A DNA stretch of 63,904 bases, counting the filler, from Acetivibrio sp. (GTDB taxonomy: Bacteria > Bacillota > Clostridia > Acetivibrionales > Acetivibrionaceae), in the NCBI RefSeq assembly GCF_035371925.1. It is 8 parts of 8 records of this genome, joined end to end, with 100 filler letters (N's around TTAATTAATTAA, not from the genome) between each part and the next. Parts side by side here need not be neighbours in the genome. Positions count along the whole stretch, not along the records: positions 36,134 to 44,745 come from NZ_DAORXT010000111.1; positions 44,846 to 53,379 come from NZ_DAORXT010000112.1; 6 more parts are not named here. One strand, given 5' to 3'. Positions 38,257 to 48,227 of this stretch are shown in pieces (the first letter of the stretch is position 1; each line of letters opens with the position of its first letter). Below the pieces are notes generated by a model. That model had not been told where the DNA came from. It worked only from the letters and a program-made list of their open reading frames with translations, and made no database searches. Position numbers and translations under genes: made by a program.

Positions 38257-39057
38257 ATGATGAGAGCACTGTGGACTGCAGGGTCGGGAATGACGGCTCA
38301 GCAGCTTAATGTCGATGTTATATCAAACAATCTTTCAAACGTCAACACCACCGCATACAAAAAGGAAAGATTGGAATTCAAGGATATGCTTTATGACACA
38401 TTAAACAGAGCATATATCCTGGATGGAGAAGGAAGACCGGTAAATCTGCAGGTGGGATACGGAACAGTTCCGATGGCTACATTGAAAAATTTCCAGAGCG
38501 GAAGCTTTGAAAAGACTGACAATCCTCTTGATCTTGCCATAGACGGCGATGGCTTTTTCACTGTGCTAGGTCCGAGAGGAGATATAGTTTATACCCGGGA
38601 CGGAAGCTTTAAACTCAGTGTGACGGAAAACGGGAATATGCTCACAACATCGGATGGATATCCGGTGCTGGATGAATCCGGAGCTGAAATAATACTCGAC
38701 ATTGATGTGTCGAAACTGAACATTTCATCCGACGGAGAAATGAGCTATACCGACGAAAATGGAGTAGTTGTACCTTTGGGACAGAAAATAGGTCTTGTAA
38801 AATTCCCCAACAGAAATGGTCTGGAGAGTGTAGGAAGCAATTTTTATGCTAGCACTTCTGCATCCGGGGAAGCGGTACCTGATGAGGAATTGGGCAAAAA
38901 GAGCAATATAAGGCAATATTTCCTTGAGTCATCAAATGTGCAGGTGGTTGAGGAAATGGTCAAGCTCATTGTGGCACAAAGGGCATATGAAATCAATTCC
39001 AAAGCAATTCAGTCCGCTGATGAGATGCTGGGCATTGCGAATAATTTAAAGAGATAA
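38257..39057 (+). CDS. flgG: flagellar distal rod protein
   Basis: ISNNLSNVNT, LDLAIDGDGFF, LESSNVQVVEEMV, QRAYEINSK. Confidence 0.92.
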   Translation: MMRALWTAGSGMTAQQLNVDVISNNLSNVNTTAYKKERLEFKDMLYDTLNRAYILDGEGRPVNLQVGYGTVPMATLKNFQSGSFEKTDNPLDLAIDGDGFFTVLGPRGDIVYTRDGSFKLSVTENGNMLTTSDGYPVLDESGAEIILDIDVSKLNISSDGEMSYTDENGVVVPLGQKIGLVKFPNRNGLESVGSNFYASTSASGEAVPDEELGKKSNIRQYFLESSNVQVVEEMVKLIVAQRAYEINSKAIQSADEMLGIANNLKR

Positions 39058-39124
39058 TGTAAGATGAGACTTTATTCAAGTTTTTCAGTATTCTGACTGG
39101 AAAAATTAAATAGGAGCGATTATA

Positions 39125-39475
39125 ATGGATATAGGTGCAATTACCAATAAATACTTTAATAGTTCGGTACAGAACAGCAGTACAAAATCTACCGATGATG
39201 ATTTTGAGAAGAGGCTTCAGAATGCTCTGGAGAACAAAGACGAGAAAGAACTTAAAAAAGTATGCAAAGAATTTGAAGGAATTTTACTTCAGATTGTATA
39301 TAAACAGATGAAAGCCACAGTTCCCAAATCTGATTTTTTACCTGCTGATTACGGCAGGGAGATTTTTGAAGATATGTTAGATGAGGAACTGGTAAAGGAG
39401 TCGTCCGGGCGTCTTAATTTGGGCCTTGCGGATAGCCTTTACAAGCAGCTTTCGAGAAATCTCAAATCCGATTGA
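39125..39475 (+). CDS. flgJ: FlgJ rod-binding domain protein without muramidase domain
   Basis: LKKVCKEFEG...KQMKATV...EDMLDEE...GLADSLYKQL. Confidence 0.85.
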   Translation: MDIGAITNKYFNSSVQNSSTKSTDDDFEKRLQNALENKDEKELKKVCKEFEGILLQIVYKQMKATVPKSDFLPADYGREIFEDMLDEELVKESSGRLNLGLADSLYKQLSRNLKSD

Positions 39476-39545
39476 TATATTATTGATATTATTTAATGTA
39501 TGATTTAAGCTTAAATTGTTTGCCAAGGGGAGCATATAGGTACTG

Positions 39546-40688
39546 ATGGAAAGTAAGGTTAATTTCAATACAATAGTATTTATGGTTTTAATAATTACGA
39601 CCCTCATAATTATTTATGCAGGGCTTTTTTTATTTCAGGGGGGAAATTTGTACGGCAATAAAGAAAATGGTAATGCGGACGATAAAGGTACCGTCACAAC
39701 AGAAACCGATTCTTTCTCCGTAGTGCATAGAGCTGTCAGCACGGAAATCAACGAAATGAAGCAGGAGATAAACCTTTTGGAGATCGATTTGGCTTTTGAC
39801 AGCGTCAAAATAAAGCCGGCATTAGCCTTCGGTACGATATATGGTTTTCAAAGCCTTAAAGATATTGCGATCGACAATAATGCTTATGCCGCTGTAAATG
39901 CGGGGTTCTTCTACTCTTACGGAGAGCCTGCGGGTATGGTAGCTATTGACGGAAAAGTCTATACAAAGTCTTCGGGCAGATACCCGGTGTTTATTGTGCA
40001 AGGGAAAAATGCCTTTTTAAGCGAGGTTTGGAGCAATATATGGATACTGCATGGCAATAGGAGGATCCTGGCGGATAATATAAACAGGGAAGGTAGACCT
40101 GGGGAAATAGTTGTGTATACACCGGCTTTCGGGCCCACCAACAGGGCAAGCAAGCTCAGTACTTCATATATTATAGAGAACAACAAAGTTGTAAAGAAAT
40201 TTCGTGCAGATACGGAGTGCAAAATTCCTTCGAACGGAATGGTGGTTACCCTTTATGAGCCTATTTCATTGGAGCAAAAATTTGAAGTCGGGGACTGGGT
40301 CGGAATCGATATAGATCCGGATTTCGGTCCGGAATTTCAGGCATACGAGTGCGGAAGCTGGCTTGTAAGGAATGGAAAGGTGGCAGCCGTTGACAAGGAC
40401 GAATGGGTTGGACTTTTGACCAACCGGGATCCGAGGACAGCTGTAGGAATAAAACATGACGGCAAAGTACTGCTTATTACCGTAGATGGTAGGCAGCCGG
40501 GATACAGCATAGGGCTTTCATCGAGGGAGCTTGCCGGCTATCTGATAAGCCTGGGGGTGAAAGATGCCGCCATGCTGGACGGGGGAGCTTCAACCCAGAT
40601 GATTATAAAAAATGAGACGGTAAACAGGCTTTATGCCCGTGAGAGATTGCTGGGGGGAGGAATTGTGGTTATTGTGGATGGCGATTAG
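39546..40688 (+). CDS. phosphodiester glycosidase (NAGPA-like) family protein
   Basis: N-terminal TM, AAVNAGFF, RDPRTAVG, VDGRQ, LDGGAS. Confidence 0.88.
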   Translation: MESKVNFNTIVFMVLIITTLIIIYAGLFLFQGGNLYGNKENGNADDKGTVTTETDSFSVVHRAVSTEINEMKQEINLLEIDLAFDSVKIKPALAFGTIYGFQSLKDIAIDNNAYAAVNAGFFYSYGEPAGMVAIDGKVYTKSSGRYPVFIVQGKNAFLSEVWSNIWILHGNRRILADNINREGRPGEIVVYTPAFGPTNRASKLSTSYIIENNKVVKKFRADTECKIPSNGMVVTLYEPISLEQKFEVGDWVGIDIDPDFGPEFQAYECGSWLVRNGKVAAVDKDEWVGLLTNRDPRTAVGIKHDGKVLLITVDGRQPGYSIGLSSRELAGYLISLGVKDAAMLDGGASTQMIIKNETVNRLYARERLLGGGIVVIVDGD

Positions 40689-40843
40689 TTTATCTTCATG
40701 GTCATCATCCAAAATAATATATTGTAAAAGCTTTTGGAGTAATTTTACCTTATGAGTTGTTATTGGATATAAGTGTTTTACTTATTTGCAACTCTTTGCT
40801 ATAATGTATTCTAACATAACTATTTTTGGAAAGAGGTGTCTTG

Positions 40844-41284
40844 ATGCTGACCAATGTTGAAATTCAGAATATTATTCCCCACAGATATCCATTCTTATTG
40901 ATTGATAAAATAATTGAGGTTGAGCCGGGGAAGAGAGCAGTGGGAATAAAGAATGTAACCGCAAATGAGCCGTTCTTTCAGGGACATTTTCCGGGCAATC
41001 CGATTATGCCGGGAGTTCTGATAGTTGAGGCCTTAGCTCAAACTGCATGTGTTGCAGGGTTGATGCTTGAAGAAAATAAAGGGAAACTGGGTGTGTTTAC
41101 AGGTATTGAGTCGATGAAATTTAGAAGACAGGTTGTTCCCGGAGATACATTAAGGCTTGAGGCTGAGTTTTTGGCATTCAAGATGGGAATGGGAAAAGCA
41201 AAGGTTTTAGCTACTGTTGATGGAGAAGTCGCAGCCGAGGGCCAGATAAAGTTTGCAATGATTGATACCAATAAGAATGGTTAA
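40844..41284 (+). CDS. fabZ: 3-hydroxyacyl-ACP dehydratase
   Basis: [31 protein letters not shown]. Confidence 0.97.
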   Translation: MLTNVEIQNIIPHRYPFLLIDKIIEVEPGKRAVGIKNVTANEPFFQGHFPGNPIMPGVLIVEALAQTACVAGLMLEENKGKLGVFTGIESMKFRRQVVPGDTLRLEAEFLAFKMGMGKAKVLATVDGEVAAEGQIKFAMIDTNKNG

Positions 41285-41395
41285 TATGGATAATCATTAA
41301 ATACTAAGAAGTCCGAGAACAACACGATATATCGTGAAGTCATCGGACTTTTATTGATTGCCTGCTTTGAATTTTGTATGTATGTGCAAATCAAG

Positions 41396-42814
41396 TCAGC
41401 TTACGGCTACCATCTGTGTATCTTTGAGAAACATTTCTCCGACCTTGTACACATCGCCGGCTCCCATGGTAAGTATCAAATCTCCTTCGGAAACATTCTT
41501 CTTGAGATATTCAACAATTCCCTCAAAGTCGGACAGATATATGGCATCCTGGCCATTTTCCCGTATCTTTTCTGCCAAAATCCTTGAATGAATTTCGCCG
41601 GTATCTTTTTCCCGGGCGGAGTAAATATCTGTTATAATAACTTTATCCGCATCTTTGAAGGCCGTAGAGAATTCGTCCAACAGGAATTTTGTCCTGGTAT
41701 AGGTATGGGGCTGAAACACAGTCCAAATTCTTGGATAGTTTCCGCTTCTTGCAGCTTTTAATGTTGCTTTGATTTCCGAAGGATGATGTGCATAGTCGTC
41801 AACCACCTTTATATTATTTTCGATTCCTTTTAATTCAAAACGGCGGTGAATGCCAGTATAACTTTCAAGGCCTTTTTTTATGTTTTCGAAACTGCAGCCT
41901 AAGGCGTGGCATGCAGCGATTGATGCTAGAGCATTGCTGATATTGTGGATGCCCGGAACGTTTAGCTGTATGTTTGCAACTTTCTCACTGTTTTTAAGTA
42001 CTGTAAAGGATGCAAAGCCGTTTTCATTGAAGGAAATATCCTCAGCTGTCCACATTGCATTTTTTGAATTAAGGCCATAAGTGATTACATTGCAGTGTAC
42101 ATCTTTGAGAAGAGACGAAATGTTTTCGTCATCAACACATGCAACCACATAGCCGTTTTCGGGAACAAGACGAATAAACTTTAAAAATGCGTCTTTAATA
42201 TGCTCTATATCCTTGAAATAATCAAGGTGATCGGCTTCAATGTTTAGCACAACGGCAAGATATGGATAAAACTTTAGAAAGCTCTCCACATATTCACATG
42301 CCTCGGCAATAAAGTAGTTGTTTCCTCCTATTCGTGTATTTCCGCCAATGGCATCCAGCTCTCCGCCTATATGAATAGTAGGGTCGAGAGAGGATTCCAG
42401 CATAATCAGTGAAATCATGGATGTGGTTGTTGTTTTTCCGTGGGTACCGGATACGGCGACACTAAAAGGATATTTTTTCATTATCTCGCCCAGCAATGTT
42501 GCCCTGTCTAAAGTGGGAATTCCAAGGCTTTTGGCTTTCACAAGTTCCGGATTGTCACTTTTTACAGCGGCTGTATATATTACAAGATCTGCATCGCCAA
42601 TATTTTCTTCGTTATGCCCCATGTATATTTTAATCCCTTTATTTTCAAGCTTTGAGGTAATGTTCGAAGGTTTCATGTCAGAGCCGGACACACTAAATCC
42701 CAGGTTCAAAAGGATTTCTGCAAGCCCGCTCATACTTATTCCGCCTATACCGATGAAATGCACATGTTTGAATTCTTTCGAGTCCAGTATACTTAATTGT
42801 TCCAATGCCAACAC
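41396..42814 (-). CDS. murC: UDP-N-acetylmuramate-L-alanine ligase
   Basis: GIGGISMSGLA, GTHGKTTT, EACEY, DDYAHHPSEI, FQPHTYTRT. Confidence 0.97.
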   Translation of the reverse strand: MLALEQLSILDSKEFKHVHFIGIGGISMSGLAEILLNLGFSVSGSDMKPSNITSKLENKGIKIYMGHNEENIGDADLVIYTAAVKSDNPELVKAKSLGIPTLDRATLLGEIMKKYPFSVAVSGTHGKTTTTSMISLIMLESSLDPTIHIGGELDAIGGNTRIGGNNYFIAEACEYVESFLKFYPYLAVVLNIEADHLDYFKDIEHIKDAFLKFIRLVPENGYVVACVDDENISSLLKDVHCNVITYGLNSKNAMWTAEDISFNENGFASFTVLKNSEKVANIQLNVPGIHNISNALASIAACHALGCSFENIKKGLESYTGIHRRFELKGIENNIKVVDDYAHHPSEIKATLKAARSGNYPRIWTVFQPHTYTRTKFLLDEFSTAFKDADKVIITDIYSAREKDTGEIHSRILAEKIRENGQDAIYLSDFEGIVEYLKKNVSEGDLILTMGAGDVYKVGEMFLKDTQMVAVS

Positions 42815-43176
42815 TCCTTAAACTTTAATATACAGCCAGATAACATCATAATCTATATTTTACTAAATTCCAACATAAATTTTACAGTCATAAGAATAAA
42901 TTTCATAGTCTTATATTAATACTAACCGGCTGATGCAACAATAAAAATATCCAATTAGTATTATATGAAAATTTTAACACATTTATAAGTGTTTCCGTAT
43001 ATTTAATTTTTTAAACCGTAAAAATTGGCATAAATACTGAACGATTTAACTAAAAAGACTTAAAATATTCGGAAATGTATAGTATAATATACAAAGATTA
43101 ATTGGAAAAAATAGAGGGGTTGTATTAATTAACCTGTATACAACTTGAAATTTACTACAAAATAGCCTGGAGGGAT

Positions 43177-43998
43177 TTGATGGAAAAGTTTCATAGGAAT
43201 GAACGGCTTGCTGTTTTGATGAAGACCCTGTGCGATTCACCGGGAGAAACGTTTACCCTTGGAAGTTTTGCAGATATGTTCGGTTCTGCAAAGTCCACAA
43301 TAAGTGAAGATATAGATATTGTGCAAAACTTGCTTGAGAAGTTTGACTTGGGGTCAATCGAGAGCATAGCCGGTTCTATGGGGGGCATAAGATTTGTTCC
43401 CGGATATAGAAAAGAGAAAGTAAAATCCATTTTAGACTCCCTGTGTCAGGAGCTGTCCAACAGTCAGAGAATTCTTCCGGGCGGGTACTTGTATATGCTG
43501 GATATTATTTATGATCCCAAGAAAATATCCGAGATAGGGTATATTTTTGCAGGGCATTTTTTCAAAAGGGAAATAGATTGTGTCATTACGGTTGAGACAA
43601 AGGGTATTCCCCTTGCTTTTGCCACTGCAAAACAGCTGGGGGTGCCTTTGGTAATAGCAAGGCACAATAGTGAAGCCACAGACGGACCGTCGGTAAACAT
43701 AAATTATGTGTCCGGTTCGTCAAAGAAGATTCAAACAATGGTTCTTCCCATGAGAGCCCTCAAAGGATATTCGAGGCTCCTTTTCATAGACGATTTTATG
43801 AAAGGCGGAGGTACTGCCAAGGGCATAATTGACATGGTGAGAGAATTTGAGTGCGAGGTTGTGGGAATCGGGGTGGTTATTGAGACCTTAGAGCCGTCGA
43901 AAAAATTGGTGGACGATTATGTGTCCCTGTTAACTTTGAATATTGTAGATACTGAGGAAAAGCTTATAGATGTAAGGCCCAGCAAAGAATGGATGTAA
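43177..43998 (+). CDS. purR: pur operon repressor (B. subtilis type)
   Basis: N-terminal HTH AKSTISEDI, VETKGIPLA, FIDDFMKGGGT PRPP motif; upstream of spoVG. Confidence 0.95.
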   Translation: MMEKFHRNERLAVLMKTLCDSPGETFTLGSFADMFGSAKSTISEDIDIVQNLLEKFDLGSIESIAGSMGGIRFVPGYRKEKVKSILDSLCQELSNSQRILPGGYLYMLDIIYDPKKISEIGYIFAGHFFKREIDCVITVETKGIPLAFATAKQLGVPLVIARHNSEATDGPSVNINYVSGSSKKIQTMVLPMRALKGYSRLLFIDDFMKGGGTAKGIIDMVREFECEVVGIGVVIETLEPSKKLVDDYVSLLTLNIVDTEEKLIDVRPSKEWM

Positions 43999-44191
43999 AA
44001 AATTCCATTTCAATCGGATTTCTTAATAATGAATAATATATCGATAAAGAGATATGCTATAAAAAAAGGTTTTAATTTGCAATTAAAATAATAATAAAAA
44101 TCGTAAAAAATAAGAAGGAAAATCAAAAATAATGCCGAATATATATTAAGTACACGATGAATACACAATTTACGGAAGGTGGTAACATCTC

Positions 44192-44476
44192 ATGGAAATT
44201 ACCGATGTTCGCATCAGAAAGATCGATTCTGAAGGAAAAATGAAGGCTGTCGTTTCTGTAACCTTTGACAATGAATTTGTTGTTCACGATATAAAGGTTA
44301 TTGAAAGTCAGAATGGCTTATTCATTGCGATGCCTAGCAGAAAAGCTCCAGATGGGGAATTCAGGGATATTGCTCATCCTATCAATGCAGAAACCAGGAG
44401 CAAGATCCAGACTGCCATTTTGGATAAATATGAGTCAATTTCTACAGGCAGCATCGAAACAGAAGAAAGTAACTAG
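44192..44476 (+). CDS. spoVG: septation protein SpoVG
   Basis: [35 protein letters not shown]. Confidence 0.97.
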   Translation: MEITDVRIRKIDSEGKMKAVVSVTFDNEFVVHDIKVIESQNGLFIAMPSRKAPDGEFRDIAHPINAETRSKIQTAILDKYESISTGSIETEESN

Positions 44477-44745
44477 AATATTGTAGAACTATATAAAAAA
44501 TAAGAATATAATTAGTTTTGAAATTATTGAATCGTGAAAAGGACTGCATTAAATCCATATGCTTATTCAGTTTTTTCATGGTGGGGTTGTTTGTTCTCTA
44601 AAGGAACTTGCGGTCTCACATGAAAGAAGTAATGCTTCAATGAATGGGCTGTAAGTTAATGCATACTTTTGACGATTTTTATTTATGCGAAAATTGGTAA
44701 GTTGTAAAATTAATTGCCCAAACATGATAAAAAAGAAGTGACTCA

Positions 44746-44845
44746 NNNNNNNNNNNNNNNNNNNNNNNNNNNNNNNNNNNNNNNNNNNNTTAATTAATTA
44801 ANNNNNNNNNNNNNNNNNNNNNNNNNNNNNNNNNNNNNNNNNNNN
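44746..44845. other. artificial contig linker
   Basis: 44 N + TTAATTAATTAA + 44 N. Confidence 0.98.
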
Positions 44846-44946
44846 TTTTTTATAATTGTACTGCTTTAAAGTTAGGGATACCATGTTCGGGCCGGTTTTA
44901 CGCTTACAGATATGTAATAACGAATTTAAATTAAGGGGGTAAAAAA

Positions 44947-45441
44947 GTGAATTTGATTTTTCATACAGTGTTTAGCGTTTCAACCTCTCCGGTAATTTCC
45001 AAAAAGATAGTTAAATCTGATAAAACTTTAAAATACCTAGGATTAGGTTTTATAAGTAATATAATTATGCATGGAGTTATGGATTTGGTTCCCCATGACT
45101 ATCCTATTACTACGATGATGGATGTATTTATTTCATTTGCTTTATTTTTCTTAGCAATAATATTTGTAAAAAAAGAATTTCGAAGTGCGGTTTTTTTCTG
45201 TTTTTTAGGAGGAGCTTTGCCTGACCTTGTAGACAAGGGATTTTTTCGAGTGCTTAGAATGAATAGTATTAAGCTATTTCCATGGCATTGGTCTAATGTT
45301 ATTAACTTTTTCTACAAGTGGTATAAACATAACTGGCTTTTTACAATGGGTAATATTTTGGCGATTGTCGTTTCTTTATGCTTGTTGTGGGCTAATAGGA
45401 AATTTATATTTAAATCTATGGCAAAGTACATAAATTCATAA
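44947..45441 (+). CDS. small membrane protein, possibly YdjM-like metal-dependent hydrolase fold
   Basis: hydrophobic; H...HGVMDLVPH...GALPDLVD...H pattern. Confidence 0.5.
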   Translation: MNLIFHTVFSVSTSPVISKKIVKSDKTLKYLGLGFISNIIMHGVMDLVPHDYPITTMMDVFISFALFFLAIIFVKKEFRSAVFFCFLGGALPDLVDKGFFRVLRMNSIKLFPWHWSNVINFFYKWYKHNWLFTMGNILAIVVSLCLLWANRKFIFKSMAKYINS

Positions 45442-45591
45442 GAGTGGACAGGTTGTATAGATTAATAATGGCGTGGTATGTGTGTTTTTTGATTTTCAAG
45501 GATAATATATATGGTACAAAAGACGTAGAGGAAAATCTTTAAATTATAAAATATATATTAACGTAATATTAGTATAGGGAGGGACCAATCG

Positions 45592-45936
45592 ATGTTAAAG
45601 CTAAACGGTTATGAATTGGTATGTCCGATTTGTAAAGGTAAAGAATTTAGCAGAAGAAATACTTTGCTTACTACCAGAGGTATGACATTTCTAAAACTTG
45701 ATTGGCTAAATGAAAGCGCAATAAACTATATATGTAATAAATGTGGTTATATTCTTTGGTTTATTGATGACGGAAGAGATTATGTTGAAGAATATTATGT
45801 TGAAAAGAATAATGATATGCATGATTTGCACATAGATTATGAAACTTCAAAAGCAAATAAGGATGAATGCCCAATTTGCTTTAGCAAACGCAATGTAAAT
45901 GATAAAGAATGTCCGAATTGCGGTTATAGATTTTGA
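45592..45936 (+). CDS. double zinc-ribbon protein
   Basis: CPIC...CNKCGY and CPIC...CPNCGY. Confidence 0.7.
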   Translation: MLKLNGYELVCPICKGKEFSRRNTLLTTRGMTFLKLDWLNESAINYICNKCGYILWFIDDGRDYVEEYYVEKNNDMHDLHIDYETSKANKDECPICFSKRNVNDKECPNCGYRF

Positions 45937-45993
45937 TAAAAGTATTAGATGAAGATTTTTAGAGTTTATTAGGATTTGTTATAAAAGCTTTAC

Positions 45994-46329
45994 TTGGCTT
46001 TTGTTCGGATGAAAGAGGCATATATCATGAAGTGTCCATATTGTAAAGGTTTATTGCAGCTAAAAAATGAAGAGTATTATTGTGAATATGGAAATTGCTA
46101 TTTTTCAAAAAATATAAGTAATTATTTTATCGAAGCTGCTAAAAGCGATAAAGTCAATAATATGGAATTTACGAAGAATGAGAGCAAACAGTTGGGGAGA
46201 TTTTTCTGTGTACATTGCGGGGATAAAATGAGAAAGACTGAAGAACTATGCGAAGTTTGCACATCTTGTGGTTTTATAATGAATAAATCAGTATATTATC
46301 AAATAATCGAGTTGTCTGTGCATAAATGA
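45994..46329 (+). CDS. small Cys-rich (zinc-finger-like) hypothetical protein
   Basis: CPYC...CEYGNC and CVHC...CTSC; start may be a later ATG. Confidence 0.55.
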   Translation: MAFVRMKEAYIMKCPYCKGLLQLKNEEYYCEYGNCYFSKNISNYFIEAAKSDKVNNMEFTKNESKQLGRFFCVHCGDKMRKTEELCEVCTSCGFIMNKSVYYQIIELSVHK

Positions 46330-46427
46330 CTTTTTAAAAAGGGAAGGATCAGACTTAAATACTTTCTGAGGTTTATTTTGAAACTTCGGTTATAAAGGTT
46401 TAGCAAGAAAAATTACAGGGTGATTTT

Positions 46428-46838
46428 ATGAAAATAACCATAGACTATGCTGAATTTGCAGATATGGAATATTTGTTGAAGAATGACAAATATATAAGTA
46501 AAGAAATGCTTGAAAAAAAGATTAAAGATAAAGAGATAATTGCAATTCGTGTTGATGACAGTATAGTAGGGTGGCTGAGATATAATTACTTTTGGGACAA
46601 CACGCCATTTATGAACATGTTGTATTTTGATGAAGACTATAGACAAAAAGGCCTGGGTTCAAAAGCTGTTTCGTTTTGGGAAAAAGCTATGAAGGAAAAG
46701 GGATATACAAGGGTTATGACATCATCATTGTCAAATGAACAGGCACAGTTTTTTTATAGAAAACAGGGTTATAAGGATGCCGGATGTTTATTGCTTGAAA
46801 ATGAAGCTCTTGAAATATTGTTTATTAAAAACATTTAA
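46428..46838 (+). CDS. GNAT family N-acetyltransferase
   Basis: YRQKGLGS acetyl-CoA motif, AQFFYRKQGY. Confidence 0.85.
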   Translation: MKITIDYAEFADMEYLLKNDKYISKEMLEKKIKDKEIIAIRVDDSIVGWLRYNYFWDNTPFMNMLYFDEDYRQKGLGSKAVSFWEKAMKEKGYTRVMTSSLSNEQAQFFYRKQGYKDAGCLLLENEALEILFIKNI

Positions 46839-47025
46839 TGATGACAATAATAGGATAACAATGACGGACAAATACTGGCTCATACAGCTTTGTGAGACTT
46901 GGCATGATAACCGGTAACCGAAAATAAACCCTTTGCATATTAATATTATGTAGCTAAGACGCAATAAACCATCAAACATGTCTTATCTTCATAATATTAA
47001 CTTTCAATGCAAAGGGGACGAACTA

Positions 47026-48045
47026 ATGGAAGGGATAATATTAGTCACCGGTGCAGCAGGCTTTATCGGTTTTCACTTGGTACAACGTTTGCTCAAAGAG
47101 GGCTGCAATGTCTTAGGAATAGACAATTTAAACGAATATTATGATATCCAATTAAAAAAAGACCGTCTGAAATTGCTAAGTGAAGATAAAAACTTTGTAT
47201 TTCACAAAGTCGATATTAAAGACAAAAAGGCAGTGGACCATATCTTTGAAACCTATAGGCCAACCTATGTTATCAATCTTGCGGCACAAGCGGGGGTGCG
47301 TTATTCTATTGAGAATCCCTATGCCTATGTAGATTCAAATTTAGTGGGATTTGTGAATATTCTCGAAGCGTGCCGAAAATACCCTGTGAAGCATCTTATC
47401 TATGCTTCATCGAGTTCGGTATATGGCGGAAACAAAGTCTCACCCTTTTCTACCAGCCATAATGTAGATCATCCTGTGTCTTTATATGCAGCCACAAAAA
47501 AGTCCAATGAATTGTTGGCCCATACCTACAGCCATCTTTTTGGCATACCTACAACGGGGTTGAGGTTTTTTACCGTATACGGTCCTTGGGGAAGGCCGGA
47601 TATGGCGTATTTCTCATTCACAAAAGATATTTTAAGCGGTAAGCCAATTAAAGTATTCAATCACGGCAAGATGGAAAGGGATTTTACTTACATTGACGAT
47701 ATCGTAGACGGGATTGTCAGGCTGATTGATAGAATTCCGGTGCCAAATAAAGACTGGGATGAAACTAAAGATGACATAAGCACCAGTTTTGCACCGTACA
47801 AAATCTATAATATTGGCAACAACAATCCTGTTCCTTTAATGAATTTCATCAATGTTTTAGAGTCGATTCTCGGTAAGCCGGCAAAGAAAGTATATTTAGA
47901 CCTGCAACCCGGAGATGTGCCAAGAACCTATGCGGATATTTCCGATCTTGAAAGGGATGTAAATTTCAAACCGTCCACAAGTATTGAAGAAGGGCTTCAG
48001 AAATTTGTTAATTGGTATAAGGAATATTACAAAGCAGAAGTTTAA
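47026..48045 (+). CDS. NAD-dependent epimerase, UDP-glucuronate 4-epimerase-like
   Basis: TGAAGFIG, NLAAQAGVRYS, YAATKK, RFFTVYGPWGRPDMA. Confidence 0.92.
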   Translation: MEGIILVTGAAGFIGFHLVQRLLKEGCNVLGIDNLNEYYDIQLKKDRLKLLSEDKNFVFHKVDIKDKKAVDHIFETYRPTYVINLAAQAGVRYSIENPYAYVDSNLVGFVNILEACRKYPVKHLIYASSSSVYGGNKVSPFSTSHNVDHPVSLYAATKKSNELLAHTYSHLFGIPTTGLRFFTVYGPWGRPDMAYFSFTKDILSGKPIKVFNHGKMERDFTYIDDIVDGIVRLIDRIPVPNKDWDETKDDISTSFAPYKIYNIGNNNPVPLMNFINVLESILGKPAKKVYLDLQPGDVPRTYADISDLERDVNFKPSTSIEEGLQKFVNWYKEYYKAEV

Positions 48046-48227
48046 TATAATCAAAATAAGAGATATTGTAAACCCCTATCAAAAAAATTAATGAGACAAA
48101 TGGCATAAAATAAGTTAAAATAATATTATTATAAACTTTTAATTTTTTAAGGCGGTTTTTCAAGGGATAATAAAATTGGTGTTTTAAAAATACGCATAAA
48201 TATTTATGCAGATAAAAAGGGGTTTAT

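Noticed and set aside
43064..43076. PurBox-like AATATTCGGAAAT upstream of purR
   Set aside because: Short, imperfect match in AT-rich DNA; plausible but cannot be supported without a position-weight-matrix scan.
47026..48045. UDP-sugar epimerase as a tailoring gene of the radical SAM operon
   Set aside because: Separated by about 180 nt of AT-rich intergenic DNA, a common housekeeping-type enzyme, and no glycosyltransferase in the operon; not excluded but unsupported.
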